Of a stretch of 64,000 nt of DNA, positions 48,289 to 61,866 are shown piece by piece. Both the position numbers and the translations under genes were made by a program. The first letter of the stretch is position 1; the number at the start of each line of letters is the position of its first letter. The DNA comes from Trichoplax sp. H2 (lineage: Eukaryota). The stretch spans positions 186,001 through 250,000 of the forward strand of contig NOWV01000110.1 of NCBI GenBank assembly GCA_003344405.1, written 5' to 3'. The notes under the pieces were generated by a model. The model was not told the DNA's origin. It saw only the letters and a program-made list of their open reading frames with translations, and did not search any database.

Positions 48289-51200
48289 TCTGTCAGTAAC
48301 GTAAACGATGGATTGATAGATAGCTAGCTATATTTGATGACTAGATAATACCTAGTTTACAATTAAATTTTCGAATATGAAATTATAATATATTCAACGA
48401 ATAGAGAAGAAAATTGCACTCAGCGCCTGAACTAATCTTAGAAAACGATGCTGGATAATTAAATACCAAGTGACTTAAACAGAGAAATAGACTTCATACA
48501 TTTACCTGAACAATCATAAACTAAGGAAATTTTAATAGAAATTCAATAGTTCTTATCAAATATTGTAATAAGTGTGTTTTATTCAAAATTTATAGCTAAT
48601 CAATGAAACAATTATTTCTATAATAAAATTAGACATTAAATGAAATTTTAAAACTACTCTATATTGCGGTCGAATTTTAATAGAAAAAAAACTGATATTT
48701 GTAATAGTTATCATAAAACTTGAAGATTGATGTTGTAAGTTAAGTTACCGTATGTAATCTATTATAGCCTTTGCTGGATTCCTGGGCTATTCCTTTCTCA
48801 AAATTACTTTCAGTTCCGGCATTCAAGACATGATGATATTATAATTTTCTGGGTAACTTATTAATTCTTATAGGGTTTTTGAATTCTAATATTTATAAAC
48901 TATGCTTTTCAATACGGTTTAGTCTATTCTTAGTAAAGTTATATTCTACACGGTGGAAATCTGTTTACACTTTAGTTTAATTATAGTATATCGTAGAACT
49001 ACCATAATATTAAAGTAAGATATTCTTATTAGTCACTCACGTATATAAAAAATTTCCTCTTTCTGTGCTTCTTACCTTATAAAAGCGATCTTTAAGCATC
49101 TATTTCGTTAGTGAATTTTGCCAGTTACACGCCAAACTTGTACACTTTATCTATTCTACTTTTCCTATCGCTATTTCGACTAGTAACGTCGTTATACATG
49201 CTGCTTCCTTCTCGCACTACTTGCAATAAAGACTGTTTTTGACTAATCTATTCTCCTGTCATTTCTTGCGATTGCTATAAACGTACAATCTTCCGAAATA
49301 TTACAATAAACTAAAATGAATTAGCTGTTCTGAGAAGATTTTACTTCTTCCCCCAAATCCTAAGATCGAGTGAATATTTAGCTAACTAAAATTTTAATAA
49401 TGCATTAAGCATAAATAAGACTCCATTAACTTTAGGGATACAAAGAACTATAGAGATTATAATAGCAACAATCAGTGCGGAACATCTAGGATAAATTCAA
49501 CTGGAAGAGCCGTTCTTTTTAATTAATTATTAACTATTGAGAGAAAAATTTAAAACAAGTTATACTATGATAATACGTAACTTTAACAGATCACTTAGCA
49601 ATAAAATCAAACTTAGAATAGGGATTTACGAGTAAATTATGGTAACCCATCATGAAAAGCAATAAACAATTGCTAAAATATTTCAAATTTTTATGAACAA
49701 AGTTTAATAAAAATTTTTCCGGGAACTTTCTGACAGTGATAATAATTGGAAAAATTTCACGTGCTGCTACTTCGACAGTATTCCTATTTTCATTGAAATA
49801 TATAATCAATCTAAGATAAAATTGACATTTGAGCATGTAACATAGTAGTTATCATCGAATTTGTATTAATCGTTAAGGTAATTTTACTTAACTTTAAGAA
49901 TTCCAATTTAGTATAACAAGACTTTCGGGATATACTAACCCGATAATTCACAATCAGCCATAAATCACACTTTATGTTCTAAGCCAAGACTTTTAGTCAC
50001 ATTTATATATCAATTAGCCTTAGCAACGGTTTCATTTGTTAAAATTATGAGAAAGAGAATTTTAATTGCATTTTTCATTCAGGAATAATTTTTTCAAATA
50101 CTTTTCTGATAGATTGTCAAGCAGTCGACTGCGGTAAAAACTCAAATCAGCAAACGCATGCCATAAACTTCTGTGACTGTAAAGAATATTGCTCTAACAA
50201 GTTCTATGCATCCAATATTGATCAGTTAGCAATATTTTCAAAATAGATAAAGATGTAAAAAGAATCGAACAAGTTATGACTAGTAGGTGCAATGATTTTA
50301 TGCATATTTTTTTGATCTATGATCACAAGTATTTTAGATCACATTTCTAATCATCACTTGTCATATTACTCAAAAACCCAAATTTGTAAATCAACTCAAT
50401 TCTCGCTCTAGAATATCTACTAGCTACTCTTCCATTTCACCTACGATCAAAAATATCTTTAAGTACGCATTTATGACGCATCTCAATAACAGTATAGTTC
50501 TGAGCGATAAAACTGAGAGTCATTTCATACGATTGAGAAAACCATAGCCAAAGTGATATCTCACTTGAAATTCACATTTTGTTTATACGACATCATTACA
50601 TTTTCCATCTATTATAGCTCTTAATAATAGTCTTAATAGCATTGACTATTCTGATTGCACATTTTGATTAAAAAAATAGACTAATAATTTACTGGCGATA
50701 ACATCTTATGTGTAAGTACATTGAATGTAGATCTATTCTCTAAATCATCTACATGAGTTACAACTACTTTAGTAAACCGTAAAGAAACATATACCTTATT
50801 ATAAGACAAAGTATTTGTGAGATACTTTTATTATAAAATCATATACACTGGAATGTTTAAAAATTACGCGCTTAGATGTTAAGATGTACATTGGTAAAAT
50901 TCGCAGGAGATGTCGATGTTTGCTTATATATTAACTGATAGACATCTCTACCAATAATTATCTTGTAATTTTGACTATGCTATTCGGGTTCTGATTTAAT
51001 ATCTATTTAACTCAGTAAAGTTTAATTAGTTACAATTATAAACAATCACGACATGCTACAATAGCTATTGCTACTTTTGTATATCTTATCTGAGCTATAT
51101 TACTTCTACTATACAAAGCACGAGTAGAATTCTAAAAGTATACATGGAAGCCTTTTACAAAAACATTTTTGAACGCATTATTCCAACTTTTAAATCGTCA

Positions 51201-51852
51201 GCAGTCTGCAATATTAATGTACCCCTCAGTTAAACAAAATTTCTGATGCATAAAATCAATTTAATTATATAATTATTAGGAAGAGTTATCTTTTCATAGG
51301 TCCATTCTTATCCATTAGCATTTCTGCTATTCACGAATTTAATTATTAATAGCCTATTATACACGTACATTATTATTTCACACAAGAAATTTTCAATTAA
51401 TTAATGCATTGCTTTACAAGAACAATATTGAACATTGCAAAATTTGTTTTTCTACTTTCGGTAATTTGTTTACATATCACTTGTGGTAAATAGAAGAACA
51501 ATTAATTTAATCGATTGTAACTTATTTTGAGTCTTCGTATTTCATCAGTACGGAAGGAGAGCTTTCTCGCGATGCTGTAGGCGTTGCAGAGAATGAAATG
51601 CTAAATTTAAGTTTTAGTTTTATAGCTTAAAATAAATAGCAAGGACTATAATTAATTTTGTTTACCATCTCCAATATTAAAAGGACATATAACGATTTAT
51701 AACGTATTTCTGTAGAAAATCAGAATCTTATAACATAAGCGAACATTAAAATAGTTAAGATTAACTATTAATGATGTTATCAATTAGAATCAATTCCGTA
51801 CTATAGGTGTATATCACGAATTGATGGTAAAGAAATGGAAAAGTTAGATGTG

Positions 51853-52812
51853 TTATTTGCTACAATGGAATAATTTTGTTAATGTTGATAGCATTCCGGC
51901 CCTAACCCGCTTATCAAACGTCATATAAATAATTGGGTTTATAACAGGTAAGGATGTCACGATAGCTATGGCAATATATGCCAATATAAACGTAAAAACA
52001 TTACCTACTGACATACTAATGACCGATCGCTGATATATTCCAGATACTGTACAATTTAGTGAATGCGGCAAAACTATTATTACATAGCATATCGTTATAT
52101 AAATCATCAGTTTAATAAATTTCCGTCTATTTCTAAAGTCATTATCGAGCTCTTCTGATGTCCGAAAACCAGGTCGAACATAGTTCTTTTGAAGCAGTAT
52201 AATTTTCGTATAAGAAAAGATAATGATTATAATAGGCATAGCATATACAATAAAGACCCAAAGTATCAGATAAATGGATTGATCAAGGTCCATATGTGGA
52301 AAATCGCATGACGTAGGGACGCCAGGGATCGGAGCTAGATAAAGTGCGAAAGGAGATGTGACAGATATTGATACTAGCCAGACAAAAAATTCAGTAACAA
52401 TCAGAAATTTTGTTTTATGATTTCGATAAAATGGCGAGAATGGTCTTACGATAGCAAAATAGCGATCTACCGCAACCAATGCTAAGTTCATGATGGAAAT
52501 TGCGATTGATGAAAACATTATAGTGGCTAAGATACGACAAAGATTGGAGCTGGTAATGTCATCTATATTGACAAAGATTGATATTGTAAACAAGACCACA
52601 GTTGCAGTTGCCGATATAACATCCGATATTACTGGCATTCGAATCAAACGATAAGTAGGATTTTGGAAATTTTTGTCTGTAAAAAGTAGATGGAGTAAAG
52701 TTATGTTGAGTATTAATCCTATTGTATATAAAGGAAGGAAACCCAACCAAATATAGCGATAAATCTGTGCAAAAAGTAATCCAAATGAGTTCGTTCTATT
52801 GGAGATATCCAT
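51853..52812 (-). CDS. Intronless rhodopsin-like (class A) GPCR, 319 aa, paralogue of 47329-48288
   Basis: Same length and motifs (GLILN, LALVAVDRY, QKNYVRPG, NPIIY); 5' flank also homologous. Confidence 0.93.
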   Translation of the reverse strand: MDISNRTNSFGLLFAQIYRYIWLGFLPLYTIGLILNITLLHLLFTDKNFQNPTYRLIRMPVISDVISATATVVLFTISIFVNIDDITSSNLCRILATIMFSSIAISIMNLALVAVDRYFAIVRPFSPFYRNHKTKFLIVTEFFVWLVSISVTSPFALYLAPIPGVPTSCDFPHMDLDQSIYLILWVFIVYAMPIIIIIFSYTKIILLQKNYVRPGFRTSEELDNDFRNRRKFIKLMIYITICYVIIVLPHSLNCTVSGIYQRSVISMSVGNVFTFILAYIAIAIVTSLPVINPIIYMTFDKRVRAGMLSTLTKLFHCSK

Positions 52813-53777
52813 TCTTCTGGAATAGAAAACGATAGATTGATCGATAGTACTGTAATATTTGCGGACTCGATGATCTTAGGCTTGAAATTGAATATTAGAA
52901 TAAAAAATTGGATTGTATCTGGTAAATAAACAAAAAAGTATTACCAACTTCAGGAGTTATCGCAACAAAATGATATAAAAAATGGAAATAGTTACTACTA
53001 TTATTTAATAGGCTGCAATAGGTATATATCTATTAACTTTCTCTACAAATCAATACCATAAATATTTCAGAACATTACTTGGATTGCATTATGTGCAGAT
53101 ATTTATTACGCAACACTGCTTGTAATAAAAGAAAAGATAGATGTACATTATTAGTTGTCTTTTATGTTTATTCAAAGTAACTTATTCATACATTAAGAGT
53201 CAATATGGCGGGTTGCCATTGGTTTACCGGATGAATAAAATAACTTAATATATATTATCAAATAGTCGTTAGAATTTATTGTTTCGTGTACTATCTCACG
53301 ACTACATTAAATATAATGGTAATTACCGTAAATTTTCGAAATTATATACTTGTAGTAGATTCTAAGAATTTAAGTAACTCTATTTGAAAGGATAATTTGA
53401 TCGACAAAAAGGAATTCTTGAAGCTCGTTGTGGCAAATATCCAGGTGTTACTTTAGGTACGCCAAATATTACTCTTCCAAATACTGGAAGTTAGGATTAT
53501 TAGAAAATGCATATCTTGGCATCAAAGTAAATATCCAACTAATTAAACTTGTCAGATCTTTTGTAATAATAATTGCTATGATAATAAACGCAACACTTAT
53601 GTGCACTGTAGGTATGCCCATTGGTAGGTACTACAACTAAGTATTTACGTAAGTGATTAGACGAAAACTTCACGATTGAATTTAATTAATTTATTTATTA
53701 ACTGATTCTATCAAACCAACTGTACAATATTCAACCAATGTATTTTAAAAGAAAATGGTAAATTTAAAATTATTACG

Positions 53778-53888
53778 GTCTAAGACATAGCACCTAGACT
53801 CAACCACCACCAAACATCAACGAAACTACATGAAATAATAGTTTGTCCTAAGACACAGCGCCTAGTCTCAACCACTACCAAAAATTAA
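53778..53888. repeat. Two-copy ~68-bp tandem repeat
   Basis: GTCTAAGACATAGCACCTAGACTCAACCACCACCAAA and GTCCTAAGACACAGCGCCTAGTCTCAACCACTACCAAA. Confidence 0.8.
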
Positions 53889-54885
53889 GATTTACTTATA
53901 CACGTATAATAAAAGAATTTATGAGCTAAACTGCCATCAACTAGTTCAGTTTGCACAAAAAGGATAAATCGAGTAATATTTTTAACTACTACTTCTCTTT
54001 TTATAGTTTCTGCTTGAACTGCACCAAATGTAAATTATGGGTACGTCTCATAGCAATTAAGTAAAATAATATAATTGCTATAGAATGTAAGGATTTTCCC
54101 TTATAAATTCATTCATATTGTACAGTCCTAAAGTTCAGTCTGCGTTAATACTGACCATTGGGATAATGCTAACAAAATAATATCTACCATCACAAACGAT
54201 AAGGTATCGGGTATCGAAAATAAGATCTGTGAAATAAATCAATCCCTTTAATAAAATACTTATCCTCTCGAGCTGAAACCATATCTAAAGATACCTAGAA
54301 GTAATTATATCTGACTGCTATCTTATAAAAAGAAATGTTATACTCTTCATTACAAATTTATTTCATATTGTTTGATACAGTAAGCCTTAAGTAAAAATAC
54401 TATAGATCAAGAAGATATATTCAATATGGAATCAAGCGAATTTAAGTATCTTTACCTTTCAACCGACAAGTTGGAAATAAATGCTTTCGAAAATGGTGTA
54501 TAGGAAATCAAGTTCAATATTGGAGGCCTTCAATGCAGCCATTTAAAACTGACTGACAGAATTTTTTAAATCAACTGAGATCACGGAAAGTCTTTATTAT
54601 TTGGACTACTGCAACTAGAAATAAAGCTTTGTCGATCAATTAAGTAACATGGCTGGTCTCATCCGGCCAATTAGCAGCCAAAGGGATAAAACTTTCTTTT
54701 ATAAAGTTATGCCAACATTAATTACGTATAATGTCAATCAAGTGTAAATTTTTAATACTGTATTCACAGAAAATTTAATAAAAGGATTGACCGTAGACTA
54801 TTTTGACTGCGTATTGATTGAATTGATGAATTTTTAGCCTTCTACACCAGGTGTATCTTATTCAGATCTACTTCCTCTACCAGAC

Positions 54886-55438
54886 TGTAATGTAACTTAG
54901 TATTGTGATTGTAGACTGTTAGCCATGTGCAGTATAATGTACGGTAGATATTTATCCTAAGAGATATCTACTAGCTATAACTATAGACTATAGTGGTAGA
55001 GACTCTATGCTAGAGTACAGATGACTATATACAGTAAGCTGTTGAGTTACTAATAAGGTTATAGGTAAAAATAGAACTGTAAATCATATATTAGGATATG
55101 GTTAATTCATTGTACTTTGGCTGGTGTGAATAATGTCTACGTAAGTACTGCAGTCGTATCCATATTGGATTAATGATGGTCCGCAGTAGAATAGTCATAC
55201 TAAGAATAATTTAACTATGTGTAAAATAAGGTAAAAGGTTGCTATGCGGATTGTAGTTGCGAATGCTACGGAAAGTGTAAAAGCATACAACTTTAGATTA
55301 TTCTCATAGTTCGTTCTAGAAGTCTTTAGTAGTAGTATTCGGCTAAAGTAGAGCTGTGTGTAGTTAATCTTTGGTATAAGATTGAATAAAGCCCTTATTT
55401 TTCTAAAATTTGGAATTTCGTGATTGGTATATATCACA
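54886..55438 (+). mobile_element. Solo LTR (553 bp)
   Basis: TGTAAT...ATCACA termini, perfect TSD CAGAC (54881-54885 and 55439-55443), AATAAA at ~55385, and a second copy of its 5' end at 44722-44864 with the same boundary. Confidence 0.85.
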
Positions 55439-58400
55439 CAGACTTACCAGTAGCTTAATGGCCCTCACCTAAATTGGGACTAACGAATTCAAGAATAAAT
55501 CACTTATTAATTAATATTAAAGTACTCATACTTCAAATAGTAAATACTGTTTAGTATCGATGCTATTCTATTTTTGATCTATTAGTTCATTTATTTATCT
55601 AGTGCTAAGCTTTATGGAGGAGTAAAATGTGATATTTGCTAAATTTATCTATTTATAAAAATATTTTAGGCTTAGCTGTACGTGATATTTTACTAAATTT
55701 AAATTTTTAGACGATATTACTTTATCAGATTGAAATTATTTAAGTTATTCCAGCATTTACTCAATTTGTGATGTTAAATTGATTTTGACACCTTAATTGA
55801 ATTTAAATGCAATACTCGGTCTGTCCTTTATGTTTAATCCAATCACCTATTAAGTATTTCCTGGTGTCCAATGACGATATATAGCCAACAATACTTGCAC
55901 AAATTGGAATAGTGTCTTATTAAACATACGTGTACTCTTTGATAATACAATATCGGCATTGAATTGAGAATCTATAGTCAGTCTTCGAAACCCTGAGTAT
56001 GAAATAGTATTAGAAGATCCTTTTATTGCGTTGTAAGAATAAATTTTTTAGTCTATGCTCCATTTTGTCTAAAGATTTACTTAATTCAGCTTTGAAATTT
56101 CTATCGATAGCTATGCGCAATATAACATTTGAAGCCGGTTAAAAATTTTACGTTCTAAAGAAAAGAAATGAAGAATGCTTTGCCGGTTCCGTGGCATCAG
56201 ATCTTCTATTTAGGAAATCAGGTGTGAACCAATATTATTAGGGTATTAGTGGGTGTAATCATACAGTTCTGATATACTAATCCTTTCAATTTTATTTTAC
56301 CTTTCCATTCACCTATATAAATTCAAGATGTTCAATAGTAAAATCACCACATCAATTAATATTGATGGAACAAGTTAAATATATTAAAATAATACTTGAA
56401 CAGGAATTTATCAGTCCTTACAAGGTAACAAGTATAATTTAAGTTTATTCTAGCACAGATACTATAATAAATATTTTGTTTGAAACCAAATAAAGTATAC
56501 TTTAATCACGCCTTCTGATTTCATTTTCTCATATATTGATCCGTAAATTTTAATATAGCGCAAAACTCGACAGTTTATCGTTTGCATGAGAAATCACAAA
56601 CCTTTATTGATAGCAAGAAAGAAGGTAACAATTTCATTTCTTTTCAATTTTGCGTTAAATAGCGGTCAATGGAAGTTGTAAAATCAGCCATAATGTATTA
56701 AATTATTAATTTTAATTTATAAGCAACTCACAATATCCACATGTATTTTATTTCATCTAGTGGATAAATGTAGAAAAATCATGATCAATTATTGAACTAA
56801 AATAATTTATTAACGAATGAGGATTGCTATAACCAAATCACAATTTTGAAACCTTTCTACTTGTTAGCAGTTTTAAATAACAGCTTTTGTGATGTTAAAA
56901 TTCATGGAACGAATTTCTATTTATTAAATCAGCGGCAACAAGTACAGCTGGAAAGGTAGACACTAAAGCCACGTAGAAGACAAGGTAATTTACTGCAGAT
57001 ACTAAAGAAATTACCGGTACATGGTCTGTAGTTTATTTCTTATCGCCTCTTATTTGTATATATCGTAATGACTTTCTTCAAGTAAATGTCAGTTTTCTAA
57101 TTTTGTCTTCGAATCAGCCAGTGAATACGACGACTGCATGTTTTCGATAACATCCTCTAAAGTATAAGATATTTACATTAATAGAACTTAATATCTAAGT
57201 TGAAATCTTTAGTCTATTAAAGTAGACAGCTATCGATGATCATTAGAATTGGCGAAGTAGCTATAATCGGTCAGACATTCATGCCCGAAATGCGTTTCAT
57301 AGCAGGGCTTCCTATTATGAATTCATAGTTGCATGAAGTAAGTTTTTATTAATAAGGGGTGTTGTTTGTTAGCTATCTCGTTTACCTTTGCATAAATTAA
57401 TCTTTAGTTGTCGGTTGTTCATTAAAGCAATTTGATTTTGTTTTAGCTTGTCATGGTGTTATAATTTAGTACTGGATGTTGTATCTTATTACGATTAATC
57501 GGCATTGCAACAAGTACGTATACGTATATCACAGTATTATTATATCGTTATTAGGTGCTCCAAGAGAACTAGCTCTAGTCAGGTGAGTTACTAATTTATA
57601 ACCAACCGGTAGCTCAGAAAGCTACTTACTTATTACTAGGCACTGCATATCATATAGCAGTTCTTAAATATTGATCTTGGAGAACGTTAGTGGTTTATGC
57701 TTATCTCCTACGAGTACATCGCTAAGAGCATACCAATTTGGATAAAAGTGAATAAATTAGTTTAAAAGAAACTAGTACAAACTCACGTCGCTTTGCTGAC
57801 GGTTTGTACTTATTTGCTAATAATTAACAGATAGTATTACCATTCGACATTATATATATATCCCGGTAATAGCCAGGCACTACTATATTCACAGCTATGC
57901 TTGTAGAATACTACTTTTCAATTATGCATTGACAGATGAAATGCTATGTTAAGATTAGTTCATGGTCCAAAGCACATTATGATATCTAATGTACGGTGAT
58001 GGGCACACCAAGTTAAGATTAGCAGGTACTGTAAGATATCGACCGTGCGGTACAATGTCCTTAGTACTGTGGTCAATTCTATACCAATCATGATAATGTG
58101 TCTAAGGATAGCTTGAGTATGCAAGCAAAGCTTGCTCTGTCGATAGCAACCGTTATAAGAAAATGTAAAAATCAAAATGGCTGTGTAGAAAACTATAAAG
58201 ATTCTATGTTTATTCAATTTTCTTCAGAATATTACATCAAATCGAAATTGAAAGGCCCAGTGGCCACCTTAGCGATATAAAGAATACTATTTTAATAATC
58301 AGTACTCTACCGAAATGACTACCTTAAAGCTATTTGTTTTCCATGAAGAAATCTTAAGGTAAAAAACTGTAAGAATCTTATACTGACCTATTGAAATCAA

Positions 58401-59849
58401 CCCATAATCACAGTCATCTAACAGTAGTATAAATACCTCCCGCGCTGCTCGTTTCAAGGATGGGTGAGTGGGATTATCACTGTGTTGCTTCGTCCCACAT
58501 TCTTAACCGAACTAATTAACCAGAAGCTAAGCAGATATACTAGAGCGGAATTACGACACATGATATTAGTTTCAATTCTTAAATCAACTGTTTACGTACC
58601 GTTACAATTGTTTCTAAAGCGTTATAAAGATTTACGAGCTTAGATAGTAATAATAATGTTTATTTTAATATCTTAAAATCTGAGAGAAATTTTCAGTTTC
58701 ACAAAATCTTATACTATTGTAGTAGTTAATTCTTAAGTTTAATGTTTATTTAAATTGTGATTATATTTTAAGTAATTAATTAAAGGATAATAGGAATGAG
58801 CGGGTTCTTGCTTGAATTATTTCTAATGAAATGCCACATTAGGATGGGATGCGCTTATTGTGATCTATATTTGTTTCTTATTTATCTATATCACACGTTA
58901 TATAATTGCAAATTACAAACCCAATCGTATAGAGCAATTAATTAGTTACATTTCTATTTAAAGGATGATTTTTCTTTTAGATTAATCTTTTTCAAAAGAC
59001 ATGTTATAAAGGAGCTCTATGTCTAAGCTAACGCCTACAATAGAGAATTAATGATGAGAACTAGATTTTACGACCGATAGGCTAAATATAGAAGCCTTAC
59101 TGAACAGTCATTCTGGGTAATTTTTACATTCCTAGAAGGAGATGTTGTTGTGACTCAGTTTGATCTTTACGAATTTACGGAAGCCTGCGGAATTTCTGCT
59201 GAGGCAACAACAACAAATAAATTTCCTTTCTTTTCTATCGGTGGTTGAAATCGACCTTTATTAACTACAACTAACCAACTTATTAACTCACACTCGAACC
59301 CCCTCCCCAAGATAGTAAAAGCGCCTCATTTATATACTCTAACATTGGCATGAATATGCATAACTTCTCTAACATTGCGATAACATTCTTGAGATATCAT
59401 TTTTCAGTATAACATAATTGATTAATAAATATACTTGTACCATACAACATTAATTTATCATTTACCAGTACAGCAATACAAGATAACGGTAACAACTATG
59501 TATAGTTTAGGATATTAATCCTTAAGAACAATATTATCTAGCGATGCCAGTCTAGCTGTCGCGACAGATGTAATAGTATTTAATTTTATACTTTAATATT
59601 GTATCTTTTTAATGGTCATAGAAACTCAGTAACTGAGTGTACTGATGGAACTCATATTGAAATTTCATATACCGATGGTTGATTCATGATCATTTTGATA
59701 GCAGTTTTGCTACTATAAGAATTTGAGTTCTATTCCATTTTGTATACTAGGTGCAATAAATATACAGCATATCTCTCATCAGAATAATTTAGTAATAACC
59801 ATAAATAAGCATTTTAAAATTTACTAAAACGACAGGAGTGAAACATTGA

Positions 59850-60660
59850 AAAAAAAATATCACAGCTAAAGTGAATAAAAAGACAAAACTTTGTTTAAGT
59901 CAGTAAACTGTTATAGAAAAATCGAAAAGAATCGTAAATAGAGCCGATTTGCACGCTCTCAACCAATCTAACTATCTAAAGTACAATGAAATGAAATATG
60001 TAGAAATCAAGCGACACAACTTCTAAAAAACTTTGATTCTACTTTCTTGGCACTCTAGTCGACTTAACGAAACTTTGACACCAAATAATAATTGGGGAAA
60101 CAACCGATCAATAATTTATTTAAAAAACGTGAGATAGACAGATCAAATAACCTTCCAAGTACTTAATTCTAAGTATTATAAGTCAAGAAATAAAAAAAAG
60201 ACAGAACTGAAACTGTCAACAACCAAACAACCTAACAAAAAGTAAAACGTTTTTACTTACAACAATTCGACCCAGAAGGCCTTTAAAATTAAACAAGTCC
60301 TTCAAAAGAAATGTTCTTTACTCTCTATTCTAAATTTTCTGATTGCACTATCATTTATAGGCTTGGCTTAGCCTTCAGTGTTATTTAAAACTAAACATTT
60401 ATTAACCAATCGCTCTTAAGATTCATTTTAGAAAACTAGTTTACACTACTTAAGAAAATAAAAATCATTCAAAGTTCACACACATGTTACCTTATGATTC
60501 CCTTATAAAACACTATAAAACTAACAAACGAACTATAAAATACATCAAGCTTCGCTTCCAACATTATTCCTGACTATTAATACATTATAAAAGTCTAAAA
60601 ATTAACCTTTAAGAATCAAGATTTAGTCATAAAAATAACAGTCTAACTACTTAACAATCA
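59850..60660 (+). mobile_element. Highly decayed Ty3/Gypsy pol remnant (RT thumb/connection - RNase H)
   Basis: Frameshifted conceptual translation gives Gypsy-like motifs in the expected order: FLG (~60044), KYYK, QP.NNLTKSKT.FT.NNSTQKAF.KIKQVL (~60220-60303), PIA (~60406), YTT.E, KTN.R..KYI, RFQHYS. No intact ORF. Confidence 0.5.
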
Positions 60661-60977
60661 ACACAACCTCTACCATTTGCCATCTTATTTTCTATTTCTC
60701 ATCTAAACTTTCCTAATGTAACTTTCATTACAAACGTTACGACTATTTAACAACGATCAATCATAACTCCGGTAAAATAGTCGAATTTACAATATCCATA
60801 TTTTCTAGATAATATCTACTTTAATTAGCGAACTAAATTATTTACAGTTACAAACATCTATAGTATGTCATATTACTAATTACTCTTTCCATGGATTTTT
60901 ACCAAATATTGCTATTGATATAATTAAATGTGTAGAGCATTACTACGATTCTATAGAAGCTAACATTGTTACTTCTA

Positions 60978-61866
60978 ACATAGTAATTAACATAGAATCA
61001 TAAAGCAGATATCCTTTGTAGATAAAGACATTTTCTTGTTATTTTTTTAGAGATGCATTATTCATGTCGCTAAACTATCAGCAGCTTGCACAATATAGAG
61101 TTTTATGTTAACATCTTAACTGTATAAAATTGATTTTATTACTGCAAAGCGTAGCCTTTCTATTTGTTATTTTTAGCAATTTATGCCTTCGCTACTGATG
61201 AATTCTATTTCGATAATCTATTGCCTCCTGCTACATAGCCTTCATTAACATAAATGGATTCCAAGATTTTACTATTATCTGTCAGTTTATACTCCACAAT
61301 TAATTTANNNNNNNNNNNNNNNNNNNNAGATTAGGCATTTGCTCTATAGGGCTACTTCTATAGTAATCTATATAATACCTTGTAAAATAATGAAGAAGAA
61401 AAGATGGCGACATGATGATTTGGCAGGGTAAAACTTAAAGACACTATCACTTTCTAGGAATTTTGTGTAGTAAAATAATACTAATTACATACTAAAAACT
61501 ACAAAGGACTCTACTTTTAGTCCTTTTACTACATAAACATAGTAATTAACATAGAATCATAAAGCAGATATCCTTTGTAGATAAAGACATTTTCTTGTTA
61601 TTTTTTGGAGATGCATTATTCGTGACGCTAAGCCATCAACAGCTTGCACAATATAGAGTTTTATGTTAACATCTTAACTGTATAAAATTGATTTTATTGC
61701 TGCAAAGCGTAGCCTTTCTATTTGTTATTCTTAATAATTTATGCCTTCGCTACTGATGAATTCTATTTCGATAATCTATTGCCTCCTGCTACATAGCCTT
61801 CATTAACATAAATGGATTCCAAGATTTTGCTATTATCTGTCTGTCTATACTCCACAATTAATTTAT
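60978..61866. repeat. Gap-flanking duplication (60978-61307 vs ~61535-61866)
   Basis: AACATAGTAATTAACATAGAATC...CCACAATTAATTTA on both sides of the N-run 61308-61327; the right copy is preceded by unrelated sequence ending ...TTTTACTACA (61533). Confidence 0.9.

Noticed and set aside
47329-52812. GPCRs as opsins, given a retinol dehydrogenase in the same window
   Set aside because: No Lys at position 7.43 (Leu and Thr respectively) and no other opsin hallmarks; the RDH is over 40 kb away.
58030-58236. TGTAAGAT...ATATTACA as another solo LTR
   Set aside because: Flanks (GGTAC vs TCAAA) give no TSD and there is no empty-site evidence.
58430-58505. GC-rich patch as tRNA or primer-binding site
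   Set aside because: No cloverleaf or A/B boxes, and no adjacent LTR end that I could define.
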